Notes under the pieces: generated by a model
Seen by the model: the letters and a program-made list of their open reading frames with translations, nothing else
What the model was told of the DNA's origin: nothing
Databases searched by the model: none
Shown: piece after piece, positions 41,438-48,951 of the stretch
Layout: each line of letters starts with the position of its first letter
Numbering within the stretch: position 1 is the first letter of the stretch
Position numbers and translations under genes: made by a program
Source: a virus
Lineage: Duplodnaviria > Heunggongvirae > Uroviricota > Caudoviricetes
Reading direction: 5' to 3' (one strand)
DNA: 64,000 bases
IMG/VR virus record: IMGVR_UViG_3300005805_000069
Location: 15,442 to 79,441 of that record

Positions 41438-41738
41438 AGTTTAACAGGATTTGAGAGTTCACCTTCACCTTGGTCCCGTCCTTCACCAGTATTCCCATCT
41501 TCTTCAGCCTGGAAATAATGTTGTTAATAGACGGATTGGTGGTGCCATATTTCTCACAGAAGTCCTTACGTATATTAGCATAGGAGATGTTTCCCCTAAT
41601 AGCTGTAAAGGCTATAAGCTGCAATTCCCTTTGTGTAAGCTTAAGATTGTTGATGGCTGAGAGTATTGTATAATACCTCTCTGCTAATTGATATTCATCA
41701 ATTTCTACCCTCCTAAGCTTTTGTAATATGGTTTTCAT
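41394..41738 (-). CDS. HTH DNA-binding protein, 114 aa (small terminase or late regulator candidate)
   Basis: Helix-turn-helix-like LTQRELQLIAF...NISYANIRKDFCEKYGTTNPSINNIISRLKKMG. First gene after the promoter. Confidence 0.5.
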   Translation of the reverse strand: MKTILQKLRRVEIDEYQLAERYYTILSAINNLKLTQRELQLIAFTAIRGNISYANIRKDFCEKYGTTNPSINNIISRLKKMGILVKDGTKVKVNSQILLNFEHDITLEIRLVHR

Positions 41739-41739
41739 A

Positions 41740-42330
41740 TTTAGTTGCTACAAAGATAGACATTTATTCTAACATGTTCAAATACAATCTTTTACACTAT
41801 TGCTATATTATCCTCCATTTCTCTCCTTAACACTCTCCATTCACAGGCTTTATATATGAAGGACATACATGTCCTAACCCACCCACCGCCCCAAAGGTAC
41901 AGCACTTCCATATATACATCCAAATTTATTTTTTTGTCAACCTATAACTTGACTATCCATAAACAAATGTCAATGTACACCCTGACGGGTGTAATACCCC
42001 CATATACATCCCCCTATATACCCATACGGGTGTAAAAGCATCCCCCCTTACTCCCTGGGGTAGGGCAAACTTATCATGTATATAGGAGGGGAGGAAATCT
42101 ATTGTATCCATAAGAGGGGAGGTTACTCCAACCCAAATCCCCCAGCACATTCTGAGAGTTGCGGGTGCCCCCCGTCAAGCTCTCTAGAAGCTTGCTCTTT
42201 CATTCCGTATAGTGACTAGCCTAAAATTGATTAGGTAGTGGCTGAATGATGCCATCAGGTCACAGAGGTCATCTAGAGCAAGCTTTTCTTTTGCCAAATC
42301 ATTAACAGCCTCTAATTCCGTCCCAAATCC
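41740..42330. promoter_or_regulatory. Divergent intergenic region with C/G tracts, hairpins and direct and inverted repeats
   Basis: Features include ggacatacatgtcc, tacaccctgacgggtgta (41976-41993) and cgggtgtaa x2. There are several c5-6 runs in an AT-rich genome, and aGGGGAGG x2 (42074-84, 42103-12). An inverted repeat aagcttgctct (42188-98) / agagcaagctt (42276-86) is also present. Confidence 0.5.
41751..41782 (-). promoter_or_regulatory. Bacteroidetes-type sigma-A promoter (-33 TTTG, 20-nt spacer, -7 TATCTTTG) for the minus-strand operon
   Basis: Minus strand reads tatTTTGaacatgttagaataaatgtcTATCTTTGtagcaactaaaATG. Confidence 0.55.
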
Positions 42331-42380
42331 TCATGCACAATTTAGTCATTTTATTCTTAAACCATAAAAATCAAAAACAG

Positions 42381-42782
42381 ATGAAGAATTATGTCATCAA
42401 CAACGGTGCGTTCACAGCAAGCGGAAATTTCTCAGGTTACACAGCTCTAGGCGAAAGAGTGCATCTCTTTGGTCGTCAGATGCAAGCTCTTGGTTGGACT
42501 AAACCAGAAGACGTTAAGTTCCCATTCTATTGCATTGGTACTACCAAGCAGATTGGTCAGCTTGATGCTAATGGTAAACCATTGGTGGATGCTAATGGTG
42601 TTGCTGTTACAACAGACAGACTTACAGCGTTAAGTGCATTCAAGACTCGTGAAGAGATCAAACAAGCACATGCTGATGCTGCTCTGTTGGACGTAGAGAT
42701 TCAACAAGAGATTCGCAACCAAGCAAGCACAGCAGGCTTGAGCCAACATGCTGTTGATGCTCTTGCTAACGCAGCGTTCTAA
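42381..42782 (+). CDS. Stand-alone hypothetical protein, about 133 aa (the track ORF starts at 42333; the more likely start is MKNYVINNG)
   Basis: ORF isolated between two non-coding regions. Followed by the stem-loop aagtgttcc...ggaacactt. Confidence 0.5.
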   Translation: MKNYVINNGAFTASGNFSGYTALGERVHLFGRQMQALGWTKPEDVKFPFYCIGTTKQIGQLDANGKPLVDANGVAVTTDRLTALSAFKTREEIKQAHADAALLDVEIQQEIRNQASTAGLSQHAVDALANAAF

Positions 42783-43053
42783 AGCTAACAAAGTGTTCCT
42801 TCTGACCCACACAGGGGGAACACTTTACCATTAACACCATTATATATAAGGGTGGGCATCATGACATGTTGCGTAGGGTGGGTTTTTACATGAGTTAAGC
42901 CTCATAACTCATTGATTCTCTGTGAGTTAGAGAGTTGTAGTGTAACCCATTGACAGTATAGAGGGTATAAATCGTGATAGCATAGATGTGTAGTCTATGA
43001 CAATAATATAGCATTAATTAACCAAAAAGCCTGTACACAGCCAAACGATTGTT

Positions 43054-43290
43054 ATGACACAACAACACATTAAAGCTCATGCATTAGCTGATAGAGCTAT
43101 TGCTAATCCAACATTGTTAAACCAGTTAGATGATGATACAATGATTAAGTTTGCTATTGGTGTATCTAAGTATGATGTAGATAAAGCCATGCAGCTTATG
43201 GATCTTAAATACCCAGATGTTAAACCATCTAATATGATTAGGTTTTGGGAAGCTGTTGGTATTCTCATTCCTGCAGAAGATTTTTCATAA
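43054..43290 (+). CDS. Hypothetical small protein, 78 aa
   Basis: ORF followed immediately by a terminator. Confidence 0.5.
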   Translation: MTQQHIKAHALADRAIANPTLLNQLDDDTMIKFAIGVSKYDVDKAMQLMDLKYPDVKPSNMIRFWEAVGILIPAEDFS

Positions 43291-43316
43291 GAGCCTGTAA
43301 CAGGGCTCTTTTTAAA
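43289..43316 (+). terminator. Rho-independent terminator (gagcc-tgtaacag-ggctc, then ttttt)
   Basis: Begins right after the stop codon at 43288-43290. Confidence 0.6.
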
Positions 43317-43516
43317 TAACGTTCTGTTTAATCAACAGATAGTATGTCCTATACGATGAGAAACAGTTTGATAGCTGTATGGATAAGCTAACATAACTTG
43401 GTTATGTTCAGGGATGACTACCTGGGTGACGAGCTAAACAGTCTATTCCTAACCTAGCAATAGGGACAGCCGCAACACCTGTAAGTTGGATAGATTAGGG
43501 TGTTGTTAATGCACCA

Positions 43517-43740
43517 TTCTAGCTTCCCAAGGGCTAGCAGACATACGTACCTCAGAAAATAGCCTATCGTGGTGATAGGCAACGTATGTCTGAGTGCAGA
43601 GGGATAAACACACATCAGGGAACGTATGCTCTGATATTTGTGGATGTAGAATAATCCTCAGCTTCAACCTGCTAAACGGTACACAGAGGGTAATCAGTCC
43701 TCTTTTTACATTTCCTTTTTAACCAACTAAATTTATTAAC
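43517..43740. promoter_or_regulatory. Candidate replication origin or structured element: 11-bp motif in direct and inverted copies, plus an AT-rich tract
   Basis: cagacatacgt (43538-48) is inverted relative to acgtatgtctg (43582-92). These flank the palindrome agcctatcgtggtgataggc (43561-80). aacgtatgtctga (43581-93) repeats as aacgtatgctctga (43621-34). An AT-rich stretch follows at 43700-43740. Confidence 0.4.
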
Positions 43741-43743
43741 GTC

Positions 43744-43914
43744 ATGGAAAATTATGCACTTGTATTTGTAGACAACGCATTTGTTGTCATTTCTTATGAG
43801 GATTGGATGTCTCAGCCTTTTGGATATGTATTAGAGACCTCCACAGACCTATTAGACCTGAAACACAGGGCAGAATGGAAGAATAATGAGATTTATGAAC
43901 ATGCATATGTTTAA
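43744..43914 (+). CDS. Unlisted 56-aa small ORF (MENYALVFVDNAFVVISYEDW...)
   Basis: Hand-translated. A weak terminator follows at about 44029-44060. Confidence 0.25.
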   Translation: MENYALVFVDNAFVVISYEDWMSQPFGYVLETSTDLLDLKHRAEWKNNEIYEHAYV

Positions 43915-44028
43915 TAATCAACACATTATGTGTTCTGATTAAAGCATTGGTTGAGGCTTGTTCCTCTCATGACAGGTACATTGAGCCTGTTATAGATAGT
44001 ATACATAGTTGTTTTGGTTGACAATTTA

Positions 44029-44060
44029 GCTCCTGTGTGTCTACATGGGAGCCTTTTTTT
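44029..44060 (+). terminator. Weak terminator-like hairpin (gctcc...ggagc) followed by T7
   Basis: gctcctgtgtgtctacatgggagcc followed by ttttttt. Confidence 0.35.
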
Positions 44061-44061
44061 A

Positions 44062-44133
44062 GGATAGAGAGAGGATAGAGCAGGGATAGGGTCTATCCTT
44101 GATATTGAAATTATATTGAAAATATATTGAAAA
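44062..44133. promoter_or_regulatory. Operator-like repeats: GGATAG x3 direct plus CTATCC inverted, then ATATTGAAA x3
   Basis: GGATAG at 44062, 44073 and 44085; CTATCC at 44094. ATATTGAAA at 44102, 44114 and 44125. Sits directly upstream of the HTH gene at 44144. Confidence 0.5.
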
Positions 44134-44143
44134 TCAATTACAT

Positions 44144-44368
44144 ATGACAGAAGATCTGAATTTAGAAAGAATGAAGCTGCGCATACTAAACAGATGTTGG
44201 TATGACATGGAGCAGTTTCCCACCATTAGAAAGATAGCTAATGTGACAGGCATGACAGAACGGACCATTCACAGGTTTGCAAAGGATAACAATTTGCCTA
44301 AGCGCACCAAGACCAACATACGCAAATGTATAGCCACAGCATTTATAAAAACTTTGCCGTCTAGCTAA
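44144..44368 (+). CDS. Small HTH-type transcriptional regulator, 74 aa
   Basis: RKIANVTGMTERTIHRFAKDNNLPKRT is HTH-like. Confidence 0.5.
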   Translation: MTEDLNLERMKLRILNRCWYDMEQFPTIRKIANVTGMTERTIHRFAKDNNLPKRTKTNIRKCIATAFIKTLPSS

Positions 44369-44415
44369 ACATTGCTATATTTATGTGCCCATTTATAAAC
44401 CAAAAATAGAACAAA

Positions 44416-44562
44416 ATGAAGACCATCCAACTCTCTCCAAAGGAATTTGTATTGTTTAAAATCCTAGCCAACAAAGCACAACTTATTTTCATGTATTGGG
44501 TGACACAGGGCATTGTCCATGTGGAAGCTAATGCATCAACGCTTAGCGAGTTGGGTTACTAA
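44416..44562 (+). CDS. Unlisted 48-aa ORF (MKTIQLSPKEFVLFKILANKAQLIF...)
   Basis: Hand-translated. A terminator-like hairpin plus T tract follows at about 44572-44612. Confidence 0.3.
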   Translation: MKTIQLSPKEFVLFKILANKAQLIFMYWVTQGIVHVEANASTLSELGY

Positions 44563-44763
44563 GGATGGAAGAGCAGCTCTGAAACACGGGCTGCTTCTTT
44601 TAATGTGTCATATAATGCACATTATATGGTAAAACATATAAATCACATCCAAATAGCAGTAAAAGATGCATTTGCATGCACTTTTTGGTAAAATTCATGC
44701 ACATTATTACATAATACATTCAAAATCAATAAATTATGCCAGACATAAAAAGTGCCTGAAAAT

Positions 44764-44795
44764 TTTGGTTTTCTGACATTTTTGTTTTAAATTTG
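44764..44795 (+). promoter_or_regulatory. Bacteroidetes-type promoter (-33 TTTG at 44764-67, 20-nt spacer, -7 TAAATTTG at 44788-95) upstream of the HNH gene
   Basis: Exact match to the consensus, with correct spacing, 18 nt before the ATG at 44814. Confidence 0.55.
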
Positions 44796-44813
44796 TCTAT
44801 AAAATAAAACATC

Positions 44814-45230
44814 ATGGACAAAAAGGAACAGAAAAGACAATACGATATAAAGTATAGAGAGGAAAACAAAGACATACGTTCAATTCAGAACAAGATATGG
44901 TATAAAAGTTCTAGAAAGACAAAGTTTAAAAATGATCCACAACATTATTTGTGGTACATTGCAAGAACTAGATCTAGACAAAAAAACATTGAGTTTACCA
45001 TTGTTAAAGAAGACATTATAATCCCAGAGGTTTGCCCAATTTTAGAAATACCTTTAGCTAAGGGAGACGGTTATCTACCTAACGCTATGTCTCTGGATAG
45101 AGTAGATAACAATAAAGGATATGTTCCTGGTAATGTTAGAGTCATTTCTCGTAAGGCAAATCTTATGAAGTCTTCTCTTACACTAGATGTACTAGAAAAA
45201 TTAATTAAATACATTAAAAACGAAATATAA
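44814..45230 (+). CDS. Free-standing HNH endonuclease, 138 aa
   Basis: LDRVDNNKGYVPGNVRVISRKANLMK is an HNH_3-type signature. Confidence 0.7.
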   Translation: MDKKEQKRQYDIKYREENKDIRSIQNKIWYKSSRKTKFKNDPQHYLWYIARTRSRQKNIEFTIVKEDIIIPEVCPILEIPLAKGDGYLPNAMSLDRVDNNKGYVPGNVRVISRKANLMKSSLTLDVLEKLIKYIKNEI

Positions 45231-45231
45231 T

Positions 45232-45435
45232 ATGTGTCCAGATATAACTATGTGCCCAGGGACAGATTGTCCTCATAAGGAAAAATGTTATAGATATACA
45301 GCTACGCCAGATGACCTATGGCAGTCTTATTTTGTATCTTCACCCATAAAAGATGGTAAATGTGACCACTATTGGGGAGAGAATGGAGAAGCTATATGGA
45401 ATCAATTAAATGACATTGTAAAAGGTAAAGAATGA
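45232..45435 (+). CDS. Small Cys-rich protein, 67 aa
   Basis: CPDITMCPGTDCPHKEKC. Confidence 0.45.
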   Translation: MCPDITMCPGTDCPHKEKCYRYTATPDDLWQSYFVSSPIKDGKCDHYWGENGEAIWNQLNDIVKGKE

Positions 45436-45674
45436 AAAAGAACCTAGAATTTTACTTAACTTTGATAGCGCTTGTCATTGTGATATATGCTGTCTACAAC
45501 ACAGGAGAAAGAGTGAGACAAATGGAGGCTAATTGCATGCTGCAAGGCGGTGATATAGCCAGAGATTCTATTCAGCAAGAGCTCACACGCTATCAATTAA
45601 CATTAGAGATGCTAAAAGAAGAAGACAGTGATGCTGCTGACAAGTTTGAAACAATTCTATATAAATTTGAATAA
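45432..45674 (+). CDS. Small membrane protein, 80 aa (one TM helix)
   Basis: N-terminal hydrophobic segment FYLTLIALVIVIYAVY. Confidence 0.45.
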   Translation: MKKNLEFYLTLIALVIVIYAVYNTGERVRQMEANCMLQGGDIARDSIQQELTRYQLTLEMLKEEDSDAADKFETILYKFE

Positions 45675-45676
45675 CT

Positions 45677-45883
45677 ATGGCACAACAAACAGCAGTAGAA
45701 TGGTTAGCAGAACAAATAAATCCTAATATGAAAACTATGCAAGGTCATATAATACAAGATTTACTTGAACAAGCCAAACAAATGGAGAAGGAGCAGATAG
45801 AAAAAGCATATACCAAAGGTGTGTTTAGCATATTGGAGTGGAGAAAAGAAGAACATTACTACGAAGAAACATATGGAAAATAA
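45677..45883 (+). CDS. Hypothetical protein, 68 aa
   Basis: ORF. Confidence 0.4.
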   Translation: MAQQTAVEWLAEQINPNMKTMQGHIIQDLLEQAKQMEKEQIEKAYTKGVFSILEWRKEEHYYEETYGK

Positions 45884-45928
45884 AAGCTTGACAAACGACA
45901 TAGAAAACTTAATAAAAGGAGAAGAAAT

Positions 45929-46258
45929 ATGAAAAAACTAATCATCGTAGGTGCTGTGTTCCTATTTGGTTGTGCAGCACAAGGCATTATGTTAGGCAAG
46001 AGACAAAAAGACTATAGCAGATTCTCTGTGGACGGTCAAATAGTGTCATATAATGGGAAGCCATTGGCTAAATACCAAGCTAAAACCTATTCACTAGATG
46101 GTGGAGAGCTGGTAGAAGAATACAATTTGCTTATGCTAGACAACAACATCAGCAATAAACAGCTAATAGGTGACCTAATAGACTTTGTTTCACAAAGGCA
46201 TGAAGGTGCTGAGGTGGAAATTGAGATAGACTCTTATAACAGCATATTTAAGCTTTAA
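45929..46258 (+). CDS. Predicted lipoprotein, 109 aa (signal peptide plus lipobox LFGC)
   Basis: MKKLIIVGAVFLFGCAAQG. Preceded by aaaggag 8 nt upstream of the ATG. Confidence 0.55.
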   Translation: MKKLIIVGAVFLFGCAAQGIMLGKRQKDYSRFSVDGQIVSYNGKPLAKYQAKTYSLDGGELVEEYNLLMLDNNISNKQLIGDLIDFVSQRHEGAEVEIEIDSYNSIFKL

Positions 46259-46269
46259 AATCGTATAAC

Positions 46270-46488
46270 ATGATAGGCACTATCTTCAGAAAAAGAGTGG
46301 AAAGGCATGAAATGGGAACAGCAGGCAAGAGTATGTATCAGAGCTGGAAGGTGACAGCTGACTTAGGTAATGGTATATATTCCTGTGTGCGTGTAGACAA
46401 TACACAAGATCCTATGGGTGCTGCTAGTCCACAGAAACGTACATTTAAGCTTGCTGACATACAAAAACACTTGAAAAACAAGGAATAA
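46270..46488 (+). CDS. Hypothetical protein, 72 aa
   Basis: ORF. Confidence 0.4.
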   Translation: MIGTIFRKRVERHEMGTAGKSMYQSWKVTADLGNGIYSCVRVDNTQDPMGAASPQKRTFKLADIQKHLKNKE

Positions 46489-46489
46489 C

Positions 46490-46984
46490 ATGTTTTACAC
46501 AGTAGAACTTGTGCTTAAGAGCTATATGCCTAAGCAATTAGAAAAGGGTATGTGGTTTATCACAAAGCTAAATCCAGGTACCCGCAAAGAATATTCAGAG
46601 ATATGGGCGCTTGACAAAGTTCCTAACCAACCGTTAGAGGAGTTTGTCACACAACATGGAGCGCCTGTAGAACCCTATCTCATCTATGATGAGCAAGTGA
46701 TTGCTGAGCCACACGAGATTGGTTGGTGGGATGAAGGAGAGGATACAGATGAGCTCAGAGATCTAGAACTCAAAGATGTCAACATGATATTGGATGAATT
46801 TGATGGAGAAGTGGATGTGCATGTTGACGATTGGGATTATGCTCATGAGGATGAATTAAACCCTATTATTTATGCAGGAAAAGTCACCATGTGCATACCA
46901 GGCCTTTATGATGAGGAAGATGATGATGAATGGGATGAGGAACCATATGATGACATGGATGATGATTCTTGGAAAGAAGATTAA
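46490..46984 (+). CDS. Strongly acidic protein, 164 aa (DNA-mimic / anti-restriction candidate)
   Basis: The C-terminal roughly 90 aa are about 35% D/E, with interspersed aromatic residues (DEEDDDEWDEEPYDDMDDDSWKED). Confidence 0.5.
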   Translation: MFYTVELVLKSYMPKQLEKGMWFITKLNPGTRKEYSEIWALDKVPNQPLEEFVTQHGAPVEPYLIYDEQVIAEPHEIGWWDEGEDTDELRDLELKDVNMILDEFDGEVDVHVDDWDYAHEDELNPIIYAGKVTMCIPGLYDEEDDDEWDEEPYDDMDDDSWKED

Positions 46985-46988
46985 CATT

Positions 46989-47156
46989 ATGAAACTAATC
47001 AAAAATTTACTATTTGGCAAGCCTGCAGAGCCTGTTTGCCATATTGAGGAAGGTTATTACACTGTCTATCCAGATGCACCCATCAGCGAACAGGAATGGA
47101 AAAACGAATTCAAGGTGGGGATGATGTCAGACAGAAAGATTGTTCACTTAGACTAA
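46989..47156 (+). CDS. Small ORF, 55 aa (start trimmed from track ORF 46872..47156)
   Basis: ATG 5 nt after the preceding stop. The upstream part of the track ORF overlaps the acidic-protein gene. Confidence 0.35.
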   Translation: MKLIKNLLFGKPAEPVCHIEEGYYTVYPDAPISEQEWKNEFKVGMMSDRKIVHLD

Positions 47157-47169
47157 AGCATATGAAAAA

Positions 47170-47814
47170 GTGGAATTGGTCTTTTATAATCGTATGGACT
47201 ATTATATTCATTATTACATACTTCCTGTGGAAATCAATATTCAAAATGATTATATGACAACTTATGCACAAGCGCTTGCTGTTAATGCAGACAGGAAAAG
47301 AAAGAAGGAAGTGAGAGACTTCCTTTTTTCATTTTATGCAGACATGCAGCTAAATAAAATCGTGGGATTAGCGGGTCCACACATTCAAGATTATATAAAC
47401 TTCTGTAAATCAAAGGGTTATACAGAGTTTGAAATCTATGAAAAAGATGGTGTAACAGCAATACATCAATTAGTTCAATTGAAAGACACTGTACAGCTTA
47501 AACTCAAAGATATTTTAGAAGCTAATCCTAATGAACCTGGTACATTGTATGATTTGGACTATTGTGGAACTGTTCGCTATCTAAAAGAGCATATATCTAA
47601 ATTCAAAGAAAAGTTCATCATGACATTTTCTTGTCGTGTACCTCAGAAAGAGACAATAGGTACATTCTTTAGCGTAAGAGATGAAAAGATTATTAAAACT
47701 TACGTTAAATCCCATCCCTTGAAACACACAGAATACCATACAAACAAGGGTGTTTATGTACATGTAGGATACCGTGATGGTTCTCCCATGTGTTGTTTTG
47801 CTAAAATTGCGTAA
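47170..47814 (+). CDS. Hypothetical protein, 214 aa (start uncertain; an alternative is M29 at about 47254)
   Basis: ORF. No motif recognised. Confidence 0.45.
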   Translation: MELVFYNRMDYYIHYYILPVEINIQNDYMTTYAQALAVNADRKRKKEVRDFLFSFYADMQLNKIVGLAGPHIQDYINFCKSKGYTEFEIYEKDGVTAIHQLVQLKDTVQLKLKDILEANPNEPGTLYDLDYCGTVRYLKEHISKFKEKFIMTFSCRVPQKETIGTFFSVRDEKIIKTYVKSHPLKHTEYHTNKGVYVHVGYRDGSPMCCFAKIA

Positions 47815-47845
47815 TCCATTATTTTATAATTAAAATTAAACAAAA

Positions 47846-48172
47846 ATGACAAACAGTTTCTTCTACAGCACAGTAGACATTCAGAGAATGAAAGACCTCA
47901 TCCGTACAGGTCAACCCCTTAGACAGATTGCACAAAGAGAGCATACCAATTTTGGTGCAAGTATGAATGGGTTTTATGGCAAGCTTCTTTTCCTTTCTAA
48001 GACAACTAGGAAGATTAAAACATGGGAAGGTCCAAAGAGAATACGCAGAAAAACCACAACCGCTGAAACAACAAACACCACCACAGGTTTTGAAGTTCCT
48101 ACAGGTACAACGTTTGAAGGAACACCTAAAAAGGTGATGATTTGTAAAGACCATTTTCGTATTTATTTCTAA
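47846..48172 (+). CDS. Hypothetical protein, 108 aa
   Basis: ORF on the plus strand, co-directional with the block. The antisense ORF 47819..48187 is regarded as spurious. Confidence 0.45.
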   Translation: MTNSFFYSTVDIQRMKDLIRTGQPLRQIAQREHTNFGASMNGFYGKLLFLSKTTRKIKTWEGPKRIRRKTTTAETTNTTTGFEVPTGTTFEGTPKKVMICKDHFRIYF

Positions 48173-48193
48173 ACCTCCTAAATACACATCCTT

Positions 48194-48412
48194 ATGGCAT
48201 CCACAACACTCGTCTATCGCTCCTCATGGAGTCCTATTAAACCTTTAGTCTATTCTGATGATTCTGACAATCCTTCAGTAAACAAACTCATTGATGACAT
48301 TTTCAGAATTAAGATGCGAACAAAGAGACTAGTTCTTGACAATAACAAAATGTATTATCAGCCTTCTGATGAATACAAAAAAATTGTTGTTCGTATTAGA
48401 AAAATAAGGTAA
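48194..48412 (+). CDS. Hypothetical protein, 72 aa
   Basis: ORF. Confidence 0.4.
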   Translation: MASTTLVYRSSWSPIKPLVYSDDSDNPSVNKLIDDIFRIKMRTKRLVLDNNKMYYQPSDEYKKIVVRIRKIR

Positions 48413-48461
48413 ATTTGAGTCCCTGCTTCTATGTCAGGAGCAGGGATTAAATTTTATAGAT

Positions 48462-48740
48462 ATGGAAACTAATAAAGTATTTGAAACATGCATTTTATGT
48501 GGCAAAGAAACAAATGTTCCTATTGATATGCATATAGACTTTAGAACAGGCTATATAGAGGGTGCTGGTCAGCTGTGTTATGGCTGCTATTCAAATGGTA
48601 CAGATAACAGACAAATGCTCATTCCTGTGCCCATGGTTTACAACACACCTAATGACCAGGAGCTTGGTGCTAAGGTGAGACAACATTATTGGAATATATA
48701 TGGAGAAGAAGACAAAGAAAAAAATAGTAGCAAAGATTGA
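48462..48740 (+). CDS. Zinc-ribbon protein, 92 aa
   Basis: CILCGKE...CYGCYSNG. Confidence 0.45.
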   Translation: METNKVFETCILCGKETNVPIDMHIDFRTGYIEGAGQLCYGCYSNGTDNRQMLIPVPMVYNTPNDQELGAKVRQHYWNIYGEEDKEKNSSKD

Positions 48741-48777
48741 AGTTATATGCTACAATAATAACGAGTGTGATTTTAAT

Positions 48778-48951
48778 ATGGAAGGTGAGAGAAACTCCAT
48801 GATTCCTGCACTAGCTGCGCTGCTAGCTGATAAAAGCGAAGAAAACGATTTCCATCACATGATGACCATTGCAATAGCAGTGGTTTTAGAAAAGGATAAG
48901 ATGGACAGAAAAAAAGCTGCTGTTAAGAAAAAAGCTAAAAAAGCTGTGTAA
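48778..48951 (+). CDS. Small basic-tailed protein (start trimmed from track ORF 48700..48951)
   Basis: ATG at 48778 lies downstream of the previous stop. C-terminal K-rich tail. Confidence 0.35.
   Translation: MEGERNSMIPALAALLADKSEENDFHHMMTIAIAVVLEKDKMDRKKAAVKKKAKKAV

Noticed and set aside
42783-42830. Stem-loop aagtgttcc...ggaacactt after the 133-aa gene as an intrinsic terminator
   Set aside because: The loop is 17 nt and it is not followed by a T tract. It may still be an RNA-stability element, but I did not call it a terminator.
42950-42975. E. coli-like sigma-70 promoter ttgaca...tataaat
   Set aside because: The spacer between the two hexamers is about 10 nt, not 17. The host-type promoters identified elsewhere are of the Bacteroidetes TTTG/TAnnTTTG class.
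43300-43740. Possible tRNA or CRISPR array in the gene-poor region
   Set aside because: No T-loop or D-loop consensus (GTTCRA, TAGC...) and no cloverleaf could be folded by eye. The repeats present are 9-14 bp motifs in only 2-3 copies without regular spacers. They fit operator or origin elements better.
47819-48187. Minus-strand Cys-rich 122-aa ORF
   Set aside because: It is fully antisense to a plus-strand ORF inside a uniformly plus-strand block. Its composition is an artefact of the K/T-rich sense gene.
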